Assembly (NCBI GenBank): GCA_902526005.1
Contig: CABZIW010000001.1
Location: 295,662-359,661 of the forward strand
Direction of reading: 5' to 3'
Source of the DNA: an uncultured Pelagibacteraceae bacterium
GTDB taxonomy: Bacteria > Pseudomonadota > Alphaproteobacteria > Pelagibacterales > AG-422-B15
Length of the DNA: 64,000 bases
Below the pieces are notes generated by a model that worked only from the letters and a program-made list of their open reading frames with translations, did not search any database and was not told where the DNA came from. Below, in pieces: positions 21,709-33,533 of this stretch; positions within the stretch are counted from its first letter, which is position 1, and every line of letters begins with the position of its first letter. Both the position numbers and the translations under genes were made by a program.

Positions 21709-22365
21709 CTAAAGAATTTTTTGATTTGTTTTTTTCCAATCATCGAGAAAAGCTTTTAAACCTTTATCTGTTAAGGGATGCTTATATAGCTTTGCAAGCG
21801 TTGAAGGCGGCAAGGTGACTACGTCAGCACCAATCATTCCAGACTCAATAACATGATCAACAGTTCTAACTGAAGCAACTAATATTTTTGTTTTAATATT
21901 TTTATAATTTGAATATATCGTTTTAATTTCTCTAATTAGGTTCATTCCATTTTCACCTATATCATCTAACCGTCCAACAAATGGAGATATATATGTTGCT
22001 CCACATTTAGCAGCAATTAATGCCTGTGCAGCTGAAAAACATAGGGTTACATTGGTTTTGATCTTTTTGCTGCTTAGTATCTTACAAGCTTTAAGTCCTT
22101 CTTCTGTTAAAGGTAACTTAATAACAATATTTTTAGATATTTTTGATAGTATTTTTGCTTCTGCAATCATTCCCTTGCATTCAATGGCTGTAACTTCAGC
22201 ACTGATCGGCCCTTTTATCATTTTAGAAATTTCTTTAAGTATTTTTTTAAAATCTTTTCCTGATTTGGCCACTAATGATGGATTGGTTGTAATTCCATTA
22301 ATCAAGCCAGTTTCGCTAAATTCTCTAATTACTTCTACATCTGCTGTATCTAAAAAGAATTCCAT
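21709..22365 (-). CDS. tal: short transaldolase / fructose-6-phosphate aldolase family
   Basis: 218 aa. [10 protein letters not shown] start, TTNPSL, Schiff-base lysine context IVIKLP. Confidence 0.9.
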   Translation of the reverse strand: MEFFLDTADVEVIREFSETGLINGITTNPSLVAKSGKDFKKILKEISKMIKGPISAEVTAIECKGMIAEAKILSKISKNIVIKLPLTEEGLKACKILSSKKIKTNVTLCFSAAQALIAAKCGATYISPFVGRLDDIGENGMNLIREIKTIYSNYKNIKTKILVASVRTVDHVIESGMIGADVVTLPPSTLAKLYKHPLTDKGLKAFLDDWKKTNQKIL

Positions 22366-22423
22366 AACAAATAATATTTTGACTGGTATATTTATACCAT
22401 AGTTAGAGATTCAAACAAAATTT

Positions 22424-24418
22424 ATGAATAAAATTATTTACTATATAGATGTCTTATTAGCTCACAATGTAAGTGAAGAATTTACCTATAAGCATGAAAC
22501 GATTGAAAAACCTAGAGTTGGAATGATTGTTTTAGCTCCTTTGCGCTCAGGAGAAAAAATTGGAGTTATCACAAAAGTAAACGTTGTTTTAAATGATTCA
22601 AAAATAAAGTTGAAATTTATAAAAGAAATTTCGCCCGAATATAGACTGAATTCAAAAATGATAAAGTTTTTAAATTGGGTTAGTAATTACAATTTAATTG
22701 ATAGAGGGTTAGTCCTCAAAATGATTTTGTCGCATAGTAAATTTTATTTTAAAAAGAAAAAAACAAAAGAACTCACTTCGAATATTAAAAAAAATGTTAA
22801 GGCAATAAAGCTAAGTTTGGAGCAAAAAAAGGCTTCTCAAGATATACTAAAAATTTTCCAACAACGAAATTTTAAGCCTGTCCTACTTGATGGTGTCCCT
22901 GGATCTGGAAAAACAGAAGTTTATTTTGATGTTATAAAAAAATTTATTAAAGACGGTGAACAAGTTTTAATTATGTTCCCAGAAGTTTCATTGACAGGAG
23001 ATTTTGTAAATAGAATTGAAGAAAGATTTGGGTTTTCACCAATAGTTTGGCACTCAAAGATAAGTACTGGTTATAAAACAAAAGTATTAAAGAGCATTAT
23101 TGATGGTACTTCTCAAATTATTATTGGTGCTCGTTCTTCTTTATTTCTACCATACAAAAACCTATCAATGATTGTCTTAGATGAAGAACATGACAGCTCT
23201 TATAAACAAGAAGAACAAGGTATATACCACGCACGGGATATGTCAGTCGTTAAGAGTTCAATAGAAGATATTCCAATTATTTTAACAAGCGCTACCCCAT
23301 CACTCGAGACAATTTTTAATGTGATGAATAAAAAATATAATAAAGTTTCGATTAAAAATAAGTATTTTAATCAAGAAGAAAATGAAATTTTCATAGTTAA
23401 TATGAAAAAGGAAAAATTAAAAAAAGATCAATGGTTATCTGAAAAACTCATTAAAGAAATCAGTCAGACATTGAAAAAAAAACAGCAGACATTGCTTTAT
23501 ATCAATAAAAGAGGATATGCTCCCGTAATTATTTGTAAGTCATGTGGGCATAAAATAACATGTAAAAACTGCTCAAGTTACTTAGTAGAACATTTAAAAA
23601 ATAAAAAATTACTATGTCATCACTGCGGTCATAGTATTTTAACAAAGGGCTTAGAATGTCCTTCATGTCAAAATAATGATAGCCACTTTATTGATTATGG
23701 AGCCGGCATTGAAAAAATATTTACAGAAATTTCAAAAACTTTTCCCTTGGCAAAGATATGCCTATTCTCTAGTGATCATATAAAATCACAAGATGAATTA
23801 GAAATGAAGGTAAAACAAATTAAAGATCATGAATACGATATTATTATTGGAACTCAACTTATAACTAAAGGTTATCACTTTCCTAACCTTACATGTGTTG
23901 GAATAATTGATGCGGATATGACACTGAAAGGTGGTGATCTGAGAGCTTCTGAAAAAACTTATCAGGCATTATACCAAGTATCCGGAAGAGCAGGACGGGC
24001 TCAAACAAAAGGAAGAGTGATTATTCAAACATATTATCCTGAAAACGAAACTATTCAGTCTCTTGCACAATTAGATCGAGATACATTTTATGAAAATGAA
24101 ATATATTATCGCAAGCTTAATAGCCTTCCGCCCTCAGGAAAAATGGCAGCAATTATTGTTAGTGGAAATAATATTGCTAAGGTGAGGGAGCAGTGCAGTA
24201 TCATGTTTGGTTCTATTCCAAATATTTCAGAACTTGAAATATATGGTCCAGCGCCAGCCCCATTGTCTAAGTTAAAAGGACGCCACAGGCAGAGATTTTT
24301 GATACACGACAAAAAAGCCAGAAATATGCAAAAAATAGTCAATGCTTGGCTCAAGAATTCCAAATCATTATCAAGCGTAAATATATCTGTAGATATTGAC
24401 CCATTTAGCTTTGTATAA
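22424..24418 (+). CDS. priA: primosomal protein N' (replication restart helicase)
   Basis: 664 aa. Walker A GVPGSGKTEVY, DEEH box (VLDEEHDSSYKQ), Cys-rich zinc region CKSCGH..CKNCS..CHHCGH..CPSCQ. Confidence 0.9.
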   Translation: MNKIIYYIDVLLAHNVSEEFTYKHETIEKPRVGMIVLAPLRSGEKIGVITKVNVVLNDSKIKLKFIKEISPEYRLNSKMIKFLNWVSNYNLIDRGLVLKMILSHSKFYFKKKKTKELTSNIKKNVKAIKLSLEQKKASQDILKIFQQRNFKPVLLDGVPGSGKTEVYFDVIKKFIKDGEQVLIMFPEVSLTGDFVNRIEERFGFSPIVWHSKISTGYKTKVLKSIIDGTSQIIIGARSSLFLPYKNLSMIVLDEEHDSSYKQEEQGIYHARDMSVVKSSIEDIPIILTSATPSLETIFNVMNKKYNKVSIKNKYFNQEENEIFIVNMKKEKLKKDQWLSEKLIKEISQTLKKKQQTLLYINKRGYAPVIICKSCGHKITCKNCSSYLVEHLKNKKLLCHHCGHSILTKGLECPSCQNNDSHFIDYGAGIEKIFTEISKTFPLAKICLFSSDHIKSQDELEMKVKQIKDHEYDIIIGTQLITKGYHFPNLTCVGIIDADMTLKGGDLRASEKTYQALYQVSGRAGRAQTKGRVIIQTYYPENETIQSLAQLDRDTFYENEIYYRKLNSLPPSGKMAAIIVSGNNIAKVREQCSIMFGSIPNISELEIYGPAPAPLSKLKGRHRQRFLIHDKKARNMQKIVNAWLKNSKSLSSVNISVDIDPFSFV

Positions 24419-24502
24419 AATTCAAATTGCGACATTCCAATACTTGAAAAATATGAGAGTTAATGGTACGGAAAGAGTGAATTTTTAAGGAATTTCCACA
24501 TA

Positions 24503-25063
24503 ATGGCCAACGCAAGTACAAGACAAATCGCATCAGTTGATAGATATGCTAATGCATTATTTCAGCTGGCAAAAGAGGCCAAAGTACTCGAAACTGTTTC
24601 TAGTGAACTTTTAAATTTAAAAAAAATATTGAATGAAGATGATACTTTATTATCCATGGTTAAGAATCCTTCAATCAGCAAATCTAATAAATTTAATTTT
24701 TTTAATTCACTTTCTGAGAAAATTGAAATGTCTAAGCTGGCAAAAAATTTTATTGGAGTAATAATTAATAAAAACCGAATAAACTACTTAATGGATATAA
24801 TTAATTCATTTGAGAAATTAATGTCAGGACTTAAGGGTGAGATGTCAGCAACAATTACTTCAGCTAAAGTTCTTAAAGAAGAAGAATTAAAACATATTAA
24901 GGATAAACTCAAAGATAAGTTTAGTTCAGAATTTAATATTAACACTATAGTTGATGAGACTTTAATAGGGGGTCTTAAAATACAAGTTGGTAGTCAAATG
25001 ATTGATAGCAGTATTAAAAATCAACTCCAAACATTAAAAGAAAAAATGAAAGAGGTCGCTTAA
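24503..25063 (+). CDS. atpH: ATP synthase F1 delta subunit (OSCP)
   Basis: 186 aa. [12 protein letters not shown] start. First gene of the atpHAGDC order. Confidence 0.88.
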   Translation: MANASTRQIASVDRYANALFQLAKEAKVLETVSSELLNLKKILNEDDTLLSMVKNPSISKSNKFNFFNSLSEKIEMSKLAKNFIGVIINKNRINYLMDIINSFEKLMSGLKGEMSATITSAKVLKEEELKHIKDKLKDKFSSEFNINTIVDETLIGGLKIQVGSQMIDSSIKNQLQTLKEKMKEVA

Positions 25064-26589
25064 TGGACATACAACCATCAGAAATATCAAAAATACTCAA
25101 AGAAGAAATTAAAAATTTTGGATCTGACTCTGAAATTACAGAAGTTGGTCAAGTTCTTTCAATTGGAGATGGTATCGCAAGAATTTATGGACTTGATAAT
25201 GTTCAGGCCGGTGAAATGGTAATGTTTGATGATGGTACAAGAGGAATGGCCCTTAACCTGGAGGATGATAATGTGGGTGTTGTGCTATTTGGAAGTGATG
25301 CAAATATTAAAGAAGGTGATACAGTTAAAAGGACAAATTCTATTGTTGATGTTCCAGTAGGTAAAGAGCTGCTAGGAAGAGTTGTAGATGCTCTTGGAAA
25401 TCCTATAGATGGAAAAGGAAACATAGAGTCACAGAATAGAAGTCGTATTGAAGTTAAAGCGCCAGGTATAATACCAAGAAAATCAGTGTCCGAACCAATG
25501 CAAACAGGTCTTAAAGCGATCGACAGCTTGATACCAATTGGCAGAGGGCAACGTGAATTAATTATTGGTGACAGACAAACTGGAAAAACAGCAATTGCTA
25601 TTGATACTATCATAAATCAAAAATCTATTAATGAATCTGGCGATGAAACTAAGAAACTTTATTGTATTTACGTCGGTATAGGTCAAAAAAGATCTTCGAT
25701 TGCTCAAACAGTGAAAGCCTTAGAAGACGCTGGTGCCATGGAATATACTACAGTTGTTGCAGCAACAGCAAGTGACGCTGCTCCACTACAATTTCTTGCT
25801 CCTTATACTGGTTGTTCAATGGGTGAATATTTCCGTGATAATGGAATGCATGCTTTAATAATTTATGATGATTTATCAAAACAAGCAGTAGCTTATAGAC
25901 AAATGTCATTACTTCTTAGAAGACCTCCAGGACGTGAAGCGTTTCCAGGAGATGTATTTTATCTTCACAGTAGATTACTTGAGAGAGCAGCCAAGATGAA
26001 TGATGAAAATGGAGGTGGTTCATTAACAGCGTTGCCTGTGATTGAAACTCAAGCAAATGATGTTAGTGCATTTATACCAACAAACGTGATTTCAATCACT
26101 GATGGTCAAATTTTTCTAGAAACTGAATTGTTTAACCAAGGTATCAGACCTGCAGTTAATGTAGGTTTAAGTGTATCCCGAGTTGGTTCTGCAGCGCAAA
26201 CCAAGGCGATGAAGAAGGTTGCAGGCTCGATAAAACTTGAACTGGCGCAGTACCGTGAAATGGCGGCGTTTGCCCAATTTGGATCAGACCTAGATGCCTC
26301 GACACAGAAGCTATTAAATAGAGGTTCAAAACTTACCGAACTATTAAAGCAAAACCAGTATTCACCGATGACAATTGCAGAGCAAGTTGTTTCAATTTTT
26401 ACTGGTGTGAACGGTTACTTAGATGATCTGGAGTTGAATCAGATAAGGGATTTTGAAAAAGATCTATTTGAACTTATAAAATCATCTCATTCAGATATTA
26501 TTGAGTCTATCAATTCATCTGGAGACCTAAACGATGATGCTTCCAGTAAATTAACATCAATAATTGAAGAGTTTAAAAAAAATAGGTAA
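25063..26589 (+). CDS. atpA: ATP synthase F1 alpha subunit
   Basis: 508 aa. Walker [12 protein letters not shown]. Alpha signature region. Confidence 0.98.
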   Translation: MDIQPSEISKILKEEIKNFGSDSEITEVGQVLSIGDGIARIYGLDNVQAGEMVMFDDGTRGMALNLEDDNVGVVLFGSDANIKEGDTVKRTNSIVDVPVGKELLGRVVDALGNPIDGKGNIESQNRSRIEVKAPGIIPRKSVSEPMQTGLKAIDSLIPIGRGQRELIIGDRQTGKTAIAIDTIINQKSINESGDETKKLYCIYVGIGQKRSSIAQTVKALEDAGAMEYTTVVAATASDAAPLQFLAPYTGCSMGEYFRDNGMHALIIYDDLSKQAVAYRQMSLLLRRPPGREAFPGDVFYLHSRLLERAAKMNDENGGGSLTALPVIETQANDVSAFIPTNVISITDGQIFLETELFNQGIRPAVNVGLSVSRVGSAAQTKAMKKVAGSIKLELAQYREMAAFAQFGSDLDASTQKLLNRGSKLTELLKQNQYSPMTIAEQVVSIFTGVNGYLDDLELNQIRDFEKDLFELIKSSHSDIIESINSSGDLNDDASSKLTSIIEEFKKNR

Positions 26590-27474
26590 ATGCCAAGTTT
26601 AGATGATCTAAAAAAACGAATTGGTAGCGTTAAGTCTACTCAAAAAATAACTAAAGCCATGAAAATGGTTGCGGCTGCAAAATTACGGCGTGCCCAAGAA
26701 TCTGCTGAGTCAAGTCGTCCTTATTCTGAGACCATGGAAGATCTTATATCATCTATATCATCTGGGTACTCTCCAACTTCAAATGAAAGAAATTTATTAA
26801 CCGGAGATAATAAGGACTCAATTCATATGTTGATCCTTTTTACATCTGAGAGAGGACTGTGTGGTGGATTTAATTCAATTGTCACTAAATCACTTCGAGA
26901 TAAAGTAGCAAGTCTTGAGGAGTCAGGTAAACAAGTAAAAATTATTTGTGTTGGAAAAAAAGGTTATGACATTATTAAAAGACAGCATGAAGAAAAAATT
27001 ATCGAAGTTGTTGATATGAGATCTGTTAAGTCTGCTTCTTATCAGGATGCAAAAAATATAGCTGACAAAATAATAAAAATGTATTTTGACGAAGAATTTG
27101 ATAAATGCTCTATCTTTTATAATAAGTTTAAATCAGTAATATCACAGATTCCAACTGAACAACAAATTGTTCCAATTGATATTCCTGAAAACGAGTCAGA
27201 TACAACGAAAAATGACAATACTTTTTTTGAATTTGAGCCTGGTGAGAGTGAAATACTCGATGAACTACTCCCGCTGAACTTTACAATACAAATATTTAAA
27301 GCTTTACTAGAAAGCGCAGCCAGCGAACAAGGTGCTAGAATGAGCGCTATGGATAATGCATCAAGAAACGCGTCTGATATGATTGATAATTTAACACTAT
27401 TTTATAACCGTTCCAGACAAGCTGTTATTACTAAAGAGCTTATTGAGATAATTTCTGGAGCAGAAGCAGTTTAA
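26590..27474 (+). CDS. atpG: ATP synthase F1 gamma subunit
   Basis: 294 aa. KITKAMKMVAAAKLRRAQ and C-terminal ITKELIEIISGAEA. Confidence 0.95.
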   Translation: MPSLDDLKKRIGSVKSTQKITKAMKMVAAAKLRRAQESAESSRPYSETMEDLISSISSGYSPTSNERNLLTGDNKDSIHMLILFTSERGLCGGFNSIVTKSLRDKVASLEESGKQVKIICVGKKGYDIIKRQHEEKIIEVVDMRSVKSASYQDAKNIADKIIKMYFDEEFDKCSIFYNKFKSVISQIPTEQQIVPIDIPENESDTTKNDNTFFEFEPGESEILDELLPLNFTIQIFKALLESAASEQGARMSAMDNASRNASDMIDNLTLFYNRSRQAVITKELIEIISGAEAV

Positions 27475-27476
27475 TT

Positions 27477-28915
<1,439 letters not shown>

Positions 28916-28920
28916 CTTGA

Positions 28921-29307
28921 ATGTCTGATCAATTTAACTATAAATTAGTAACGCCTGAAAAAATATACCTTGAGGGTGATGCTCAAATGGTAGTCTTACC
29001 TGGTGCGGAAGGTGATCTTGGAGTGCTTCCAAATCACTCAAATATTATTACCTCTCTTAGGCCAGGAATTATAAAAGTAACTAATTCAGATCAAACACAA
29101 TCATTGTTTGTTGAAGAGGGCTTTATTAAATTCTCTAACAATGAGCTACTTGTTATAGCTGTGGGTTTGGATGAAGAAGCTGCTTTGAATAATGACTTTA
29201 TTAATGATAAAATTGAGAATTATTCTTCAGCTCTTGATGCCGCTGATGAAGCCCAAAAAATGAAGATTCAGAAAAAAATTGATAGTTTAAAACTTCTTTT
29301 AAATTAA
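28921..29307 (+). CDS. atpC: ATP synthase F1 epsilon subunit
   Basis: 128 aa. Position is after atpD. VLPGAEGDLGVLPNH motif. Confidence 0.9.
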   Translation: MSDQFNYKLVTPEKIYLEGDAQMVVLPGAEGDLGVLPNHSNIITSLRPGIIKVTNSDQTQSLFVEEGFIKFSNNELLVIAVGLDEEAALNNDFINDKIENYSSALDAADEAQKMKIQKKIDSLKLLLN

Positions 29308-29774
29308 ATATCAATATTATTAATTTCTTTAAATATGCTTGTATAAAGTCTTCTTTTAAAGGGAACAATTTTTTTAAGTATTTTATCTTGTGTAGACCAT
29401 TCCCATTTCTTAAATTCTGGTTTCTTTGTTTTAATTTTTATATCTTTATCTTTTCCGGTAAAATTTATTATAAACCATTTTTGTTTTTGACCAATAAATC
29501 TACCTTTCCAAAGTTTTTTTCTTAAATAAGAAGGAAGTTTATAAAAATACCAAGTTTTACTTTCATATATAATTTTATAATTTTTTTTAATTCCAGTTTC
29601 CTCTTTCATTTCTCGTATAACAGCTTTTGCAGGGCTTTCTCCTTTATCAATTCCACCTTGTGGCATCTGCCAAGCTGATTTATCTTTATCAAATCTTTGT
29701 CCAATAAAAATTTGATTCTTAGAGTTGAGAATGATCATTCCAACTCCTCTTCTATATCTTGGTTTTTGATCCAT
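29304..29774 (-). CDS. rppH: RNA pyrophosphohydrolase (Nudix)
   Basis: 156 aa. YRRGVGMIILN start, Nudix box GGIDKGESPAKAVIREMKEETGI. Confidence 0.85.
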   Translation of the reverse strand: MDQKPRYRRGVGMIILNSKNQIFIGQRFDKDKSAWQMPQGGIDKGESPAKAVIREMKEETGIKKNYKIIYESKTWYFYKLPSYLRKKLWKGRFIGQKQKWFIINFTGKDKDIKIKTKKPEFKKWEWSTQDKILKKIVPFKRRLYTSIFKEINNIDI

Positions 29775-29801
29775 TCTGTTCTTTTGCTGAAAATATTAAT
29801 T

Positions 29802-30950
29802 TTATTCAACCATCTTTTCTTTATCAAAAAGATCTAGAGCGTAATTTAATTGATTATCGGTTTCTTCGTCTTCATCGTAAATATATTCAACTTCAATATC
29901 TGGAGTTATTCCAACTCTATGAATAGAGTCACCAGAGGGCGTATAATAAAGCGCTGTTGTCATTCTGATGGCACTTGAGTCTTTTAATGGAAAGATCGTT
30001 TGAACTGATCCCTTTCCGTATGATTGTTCTCCAAGAATAATTGCGCGTTTATGATCTTGAAGCGCACCCGCAACAATTTCGGATGCTGATGCAGATCCCT
30101 GATTTATAAGAACAATAATTGGCTTATCGTTAGCAATGTCCCCACCTGACGCTGTAAATCTTGATATATCATTTTTATCTCTTCCTTTTATTGATACAAT
30201 TTCACCAGATTTTAGGAAGTTATTTGTAACTTTTGCCGATTGATCCAATAAGCCACCAGGATTATTCCTTAAATCAATTATGTAGCCTTCAATATTATTT
30301 TTTCCGATACTGTTTGATAATTCTTTTACAGCATTTCTTATGCCTTTATCGGCTTGTTCGCTAAATGATATTAATCTTATGTATCCAATGTTACCCTCAG
30401 CATTAAATTTAACTGCTTGCACAGTTATAACCGCCCTTTTTAATGTCACATCTATGGGGTCTTCTTCTCCGATTCTAACCACTTTTATTGTTAATGATTT
30501 ACCCACAGGCCCTCGTAAAAGTTCAACAGCTTCACTTAGTGTTAATCCAAGCACATCAATTTCATCAATATGTGTAATATAATCACCAGGGCGCATTCCT
30601 GCTCTCGCAGCCGGAGTGTCATCAATTGGAGAAATTACTTTTACATACCCGTTTTCCATTGTTACCTCAATTCCAAGTCCCCCAAATTCGCCTTTAGTTT
30701 CTTCTTGCATATCAGTATAAATTTCTGAATCCATATAGCTTGAAAATGGATCCAATGATTGAAGCATACCGTTAATTGCGTATTCAATTACCTTCTCGTC
30801 ATCTATTTCCTCGACATAATTACTTTTTATAATGTCAAAAACATCCCCAAAGACATCCAATTTTTTATAAAGGTCTTGGTTATTTGCAGAGATATAATTA
30901 AAGCTAAAAAGTGATATAACAAATGATAACGTAATAAACAAAATTTTCAT
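29802..30950 (-). CDS. ctpA: carboxy-terminal processing protease (S41), periplasmic
   Basis: 382 aa. Signal peptide, PDZ region (GIEV..PIDDTPAARAG), catalytic GSASASEIVAGALQD. Confidence 0.9.
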   Translation of the reverse strand: MKILFITLSFVISLFSFNYISANNQDLYKKLDVFGDVFDIIKSNYVEEIDDEKVIEYAINGMLQSLDPFSSYMDSEIYTDMQEETKGEFGGLGIEVTMENGYVKVISPIDDTPAARAGMRPGDYITHIDEIDVLGLTLSEAVELLRGPVGKSLTIKVVRIGEEDPIDVTLKRAVITVQAVKFNAEGNIGYIRLISFSEQADKGIRNAVKELSNSIGKNNIEGYIIDLRNNPGGLLDQSAKVTNNFLKSGEIVSIKGRDKNDISRFTASGGDIANDKPIIVLINQGSASASEIVAGALQDHKRAIILGEQSYGKGSVQTIFPLKDSSAIRMTTALYYTPSGDSIHRVGITPDIEVEYIYDEDEETDNQLNYALDLFDKEKMVE

Positions 30951-30952
30951 TT

Positions 30953-31387
30953 TTAAACTCTATGATATGGATGATTAGATACAATAGTAGCAGATCTATA
31001 TATTTGTTCTAATAAAATTATTAGTGCAAATGAGTGCGTTAATGTCATTTTACTCAAGGAAATAACCTTATTACTTTTTTCTAGTATACCTTTCTGAATA
31101 CCATCAGTACTGCCAACAATAAATTTCAAGTTTTTGAAATTATTATTAAATAAGAATACTTTTAAGTCTTCAGTTGAAAAATGCTCACCTTTCTCGTCAA
31201 GGCTTACAAAACACTCATTGGCCTTCTTTTTAACTATTCTATTTTCAATTCTTTTATTATTAATTTTTACTGTTTTTATATCAGTTATAATATTTCTAAA
31301 CTGTGAAATACGTTTTATATAAATATCATGAAGTTGTTCTTCATGATCAAATTTAAATTTATCAAAATGTAGAATTTCAATTTTCAT
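30953..31387 (-). CDS. rlmH: 23S rRNA (pseudouridine1915-N3)-methyltransferase
   Basis: 144 aa SPOUT protein. C-terminal SKMTLTHSFALIILLEQIYRS..SNHPYHR. Confidence 0.85.
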   Translation of the reverse strand: MKIEILHFDKFKFDHEEQLHDIYIKRISQFRNIITDIKTVKINNKRIENRIVKKKANECFVSLDEKGEHFSTEDLKVFLFNNNFKNLKFIVGSTDGIQKGILEKSNKVISLSKMTLTHSFALIILLEQIYRSATIVSNHPYHRV

Positions 31388-31398
31388 TTAAGAATCAA

Positions 31399-31722
31399 TT
31401 ATTCAATTTCTGTGGACCACATATTTTCTAAGTTATAAAATTTTCTAATTTCATCTTTGAATAAATGTATAATAACGTCACCACTATCAATTACTATCCA
31501 GCCACTGTCTTGGTTTCCCTCAATTGATGGCAGTGTAATATTTAGACTTTTAAGCATTTTATGAACTGATTGGGAAATCGCGTTTATATGTCTATTTGAT
31601 GTTCCAGTTGCAAATACTAGGTGGTCAGCTAGTGAAGTTTTTTTAGATATATCTATTGAGACTATATCCAGAGCTTTATTATCTCCTAAATCACTTAATA
31701 TTTTTTTTAGTATTTGAGTCAT
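31399..31722 (-). CDS. rsfS: ribosomal silencing factor RsfS (iojap)
   Basis: 107 aa. D-x-VFATG-x-S-x-RH pattern (ADHLVFATGTSNRHI). Lies between nadD and rlmH, as is typical. Confidence 0.85.
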   Translation of the reverse strand: MTQILKKILSDLGDNKALDIVSIDISKKTSLADHLVFATGTSNRHINAISQSVHKMLKSLNITLPSIEGNQDSGWIVIDSGDVIIHLFKDEIRKFYNLENMWSTEIE

Positions 31723-32276
31723 TTATTATTTCTAATGGCAGTTGATGACTCACTTACATTGAAGTCACGAATAAATATCCAAGCAGGTGATTTGGTAAAT
31801 ATCAACTTTGCATCAGACAAATTTATTTGGTTGTCTTTAAATTTTTCCGCAACTATAGAAGTAAGTGGATTATATAATTTTTCATTACGATTAAATACAG
31901 CAATAGGCATTTGATTAAATATATCTAAATAATTTTTCCATTTATCCATTTCTTCAAAAGAGTCACTACCCATTAAAAATATGAACTCATCCTCGGTAAA
32001 GTTAGATTTAATATGTTTCAAATTATCAATTAAATAATTTGAGTTAGTAATATTCTCAAAAAATTTCAGTTTAATATTGTTATTGCCTATTAGTTTTTTT
32101 GCTTGATTATTTCTATCTTCAAATGACATATAATCATCTTTTTCCTTCAATGGATTTTGCTTTGTGATCAACCACCAGACTTCATCAAGATCAAAAATTT
32201 GAATTGCCTTGTCTGATAATTTTAAATGTCCTAAATGTGCTGGATTAAATGAACTTCCTAAAATGCCAATTTTCAT
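31719..32276 (-). CDS. nadD: nicotinate-nucleotide adenylyltransferase
   Basis: 185 aa. GILGSSFNPAHLGH nucleotidyltransferase motif. 4-nt overlap with rsfS. Confidence 0.85.
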   Translation of the reverse strand: MKIGILGSSFNPAHLGHLKLSDKAIQIFDLDEVWWLITKQNPLKEKDDYMSFEDRNNQAKKLIGNNNIKLKFFENITNSNYLIDNLKHIKSNFTEDEFIFLMGSDSFEEMDKWKNYLDIFNQMPIAVFNRNEKLYNPLTSIVAEKFKDNQINLSDAKLIFTKSPAWIFIRDFNVSESSTAIRNNK

Positions 32277-33533
32277 TTACGGTCTAACCTGTCCATTTCC
32301 TCTCACTATATATTTATAAGTTGTCAGTCCTTCTAATCCAACTGGCCCTCTGGCGTGCAATTTGCCAGTAGCAATTCCTATTTCAGCACCTAAACCAAAT
32401 TCGCCTCCATCTGCAAATTGGGTTGAGGTGTTATGCATAACAATTGCACTACCTACGGTATTTAAAAACTTTTCAACTTTCTCTTTATCTTCAGAAATAA
32501 TACTCTCTGTATGACCTGATCCATATGTAGCAATATGTTCTATTGCTTCATCTACCCCTTTAACAGTCTTTATAGATATTATTGCATCTAAATATTCTGT
32601 ACCCCAATCTTCTTCGGATGCTTTTAGAACTTTGTCTGAGATTTTCATACATACATTATCTCCTCTTACTTCACAGCCCCCATTAATTAAATCAGTAATA
32701 ATTTTTGGTAAATGAGTGTCAACACAGTTTTCATCAATTAATATAGTTTCAGCTGCACCACAAATTCCAGTTCTTCTCAATTTTGCATTTTCTATGATTT
32801 TGCTTGCTATTTCTGTATCTGATGTTTCATCAACATATAAGTGACATATTCCATCGAGATGTCCGATAACAGGTATTTTTGCGGTGTCTTGAACTTTTTT
32901 TACTAAACCTTTACCGCCTCTAGGTACTACAACATCAATATATTTTCCCATTTTAGCAAGCATGTAATCTACTGCCGCTCTATCTGTGGTGCTTACATAT
33001 TGAACAATATGTTCGCTAACAGAATTTTCCTTTAAAGCCCCTTGTATCGATTTTACCATTTCTGAGTTAGTGTTAAAGCACTCAGATCCTCCTCTTAGTA
33101 TCACACTATTGCCAGCTTTTAGACATAAAACTGTCGCATCAACTGTAACGTTTGGTCTGCTTTCATAAATAATTCCAATAACACCAAGAGGAACAGACAC
33201 TCTTTCAACTAACATTCCATTTGGCCTTTTATTAGAATAAAGTTTGTTTCCAACTGGATCTTCTAAAGAAATAACATTTTCAATTGACGACAATATTCCA
33301 TCAAATCGTTCGTCATCTAGCATAAGTCGATCAACCATTGCTTTTGAAAGACTATTTTCAGAGTTACTAATATCTAATGAATTAGCATCTAGAATATTTT
33401 TTTTATTCTTTTTTAAACTTACTATAATTGATTTTAAAATATTATTTTTATCTCTTTCGTTCAAAGACCTAATGTCTTTTGAGGCCCTAACACTGTTTTC
33501 ACCCATCTTTTCTAATTCTAATTCAATACTCAT
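32277..33533 (-). CDS. proA: gamma-glutamyl phosphate reductase
   Basis: 418 aa. IYESRPNVTVD, active-site Cys context GICGAAETILID. Confidence 0.95.
   Translation of the reverse strand: MSIELELEKMGENSVRASKDIRSLNERDKNNILKSIIVSLKKNKKNILDANSLDISNSENSLSKAMVDRLMLDDERFDGILSSIENVISLEDPVGNKLYSNKRPNGMLVERVSVPLGVIGIIYESRPNVTVDATVLCLKAGNSVILRGGSECFNTNSEMVKSIQGALKENSVSEHIVQYVSTTDRAAVDYMLAKMGKYIDVVVPRGGKGLVKKVQDTAKIPVIGHLDGICHLYVDETSDTEIASKIIENAKLRRTGICGAAETILIDENCVDTHLPKIITDLINGGCEVRGDNVCMKISDKVLKASEEDWGTEYLDAIISIKTVKGVDEAIEHIATYGSGHTESIISEDKEKVEKFLNTVGSAIVMHNTSTQFADGGEFGLGAEIGIATGKLHARGPVGLEGLTTYKYIVRGNGQVRP

Noticed and set aside
22385-22398. GGTATA-TT-TATACC palindrome next to a TTGACT -35-like hexamer in the tal/priA divergent spacer.
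   Set aside because: The arms are 6 bp and mostly A/T, and no matching -10 element lies at a proper distance. I cannot distinguish it from chance.
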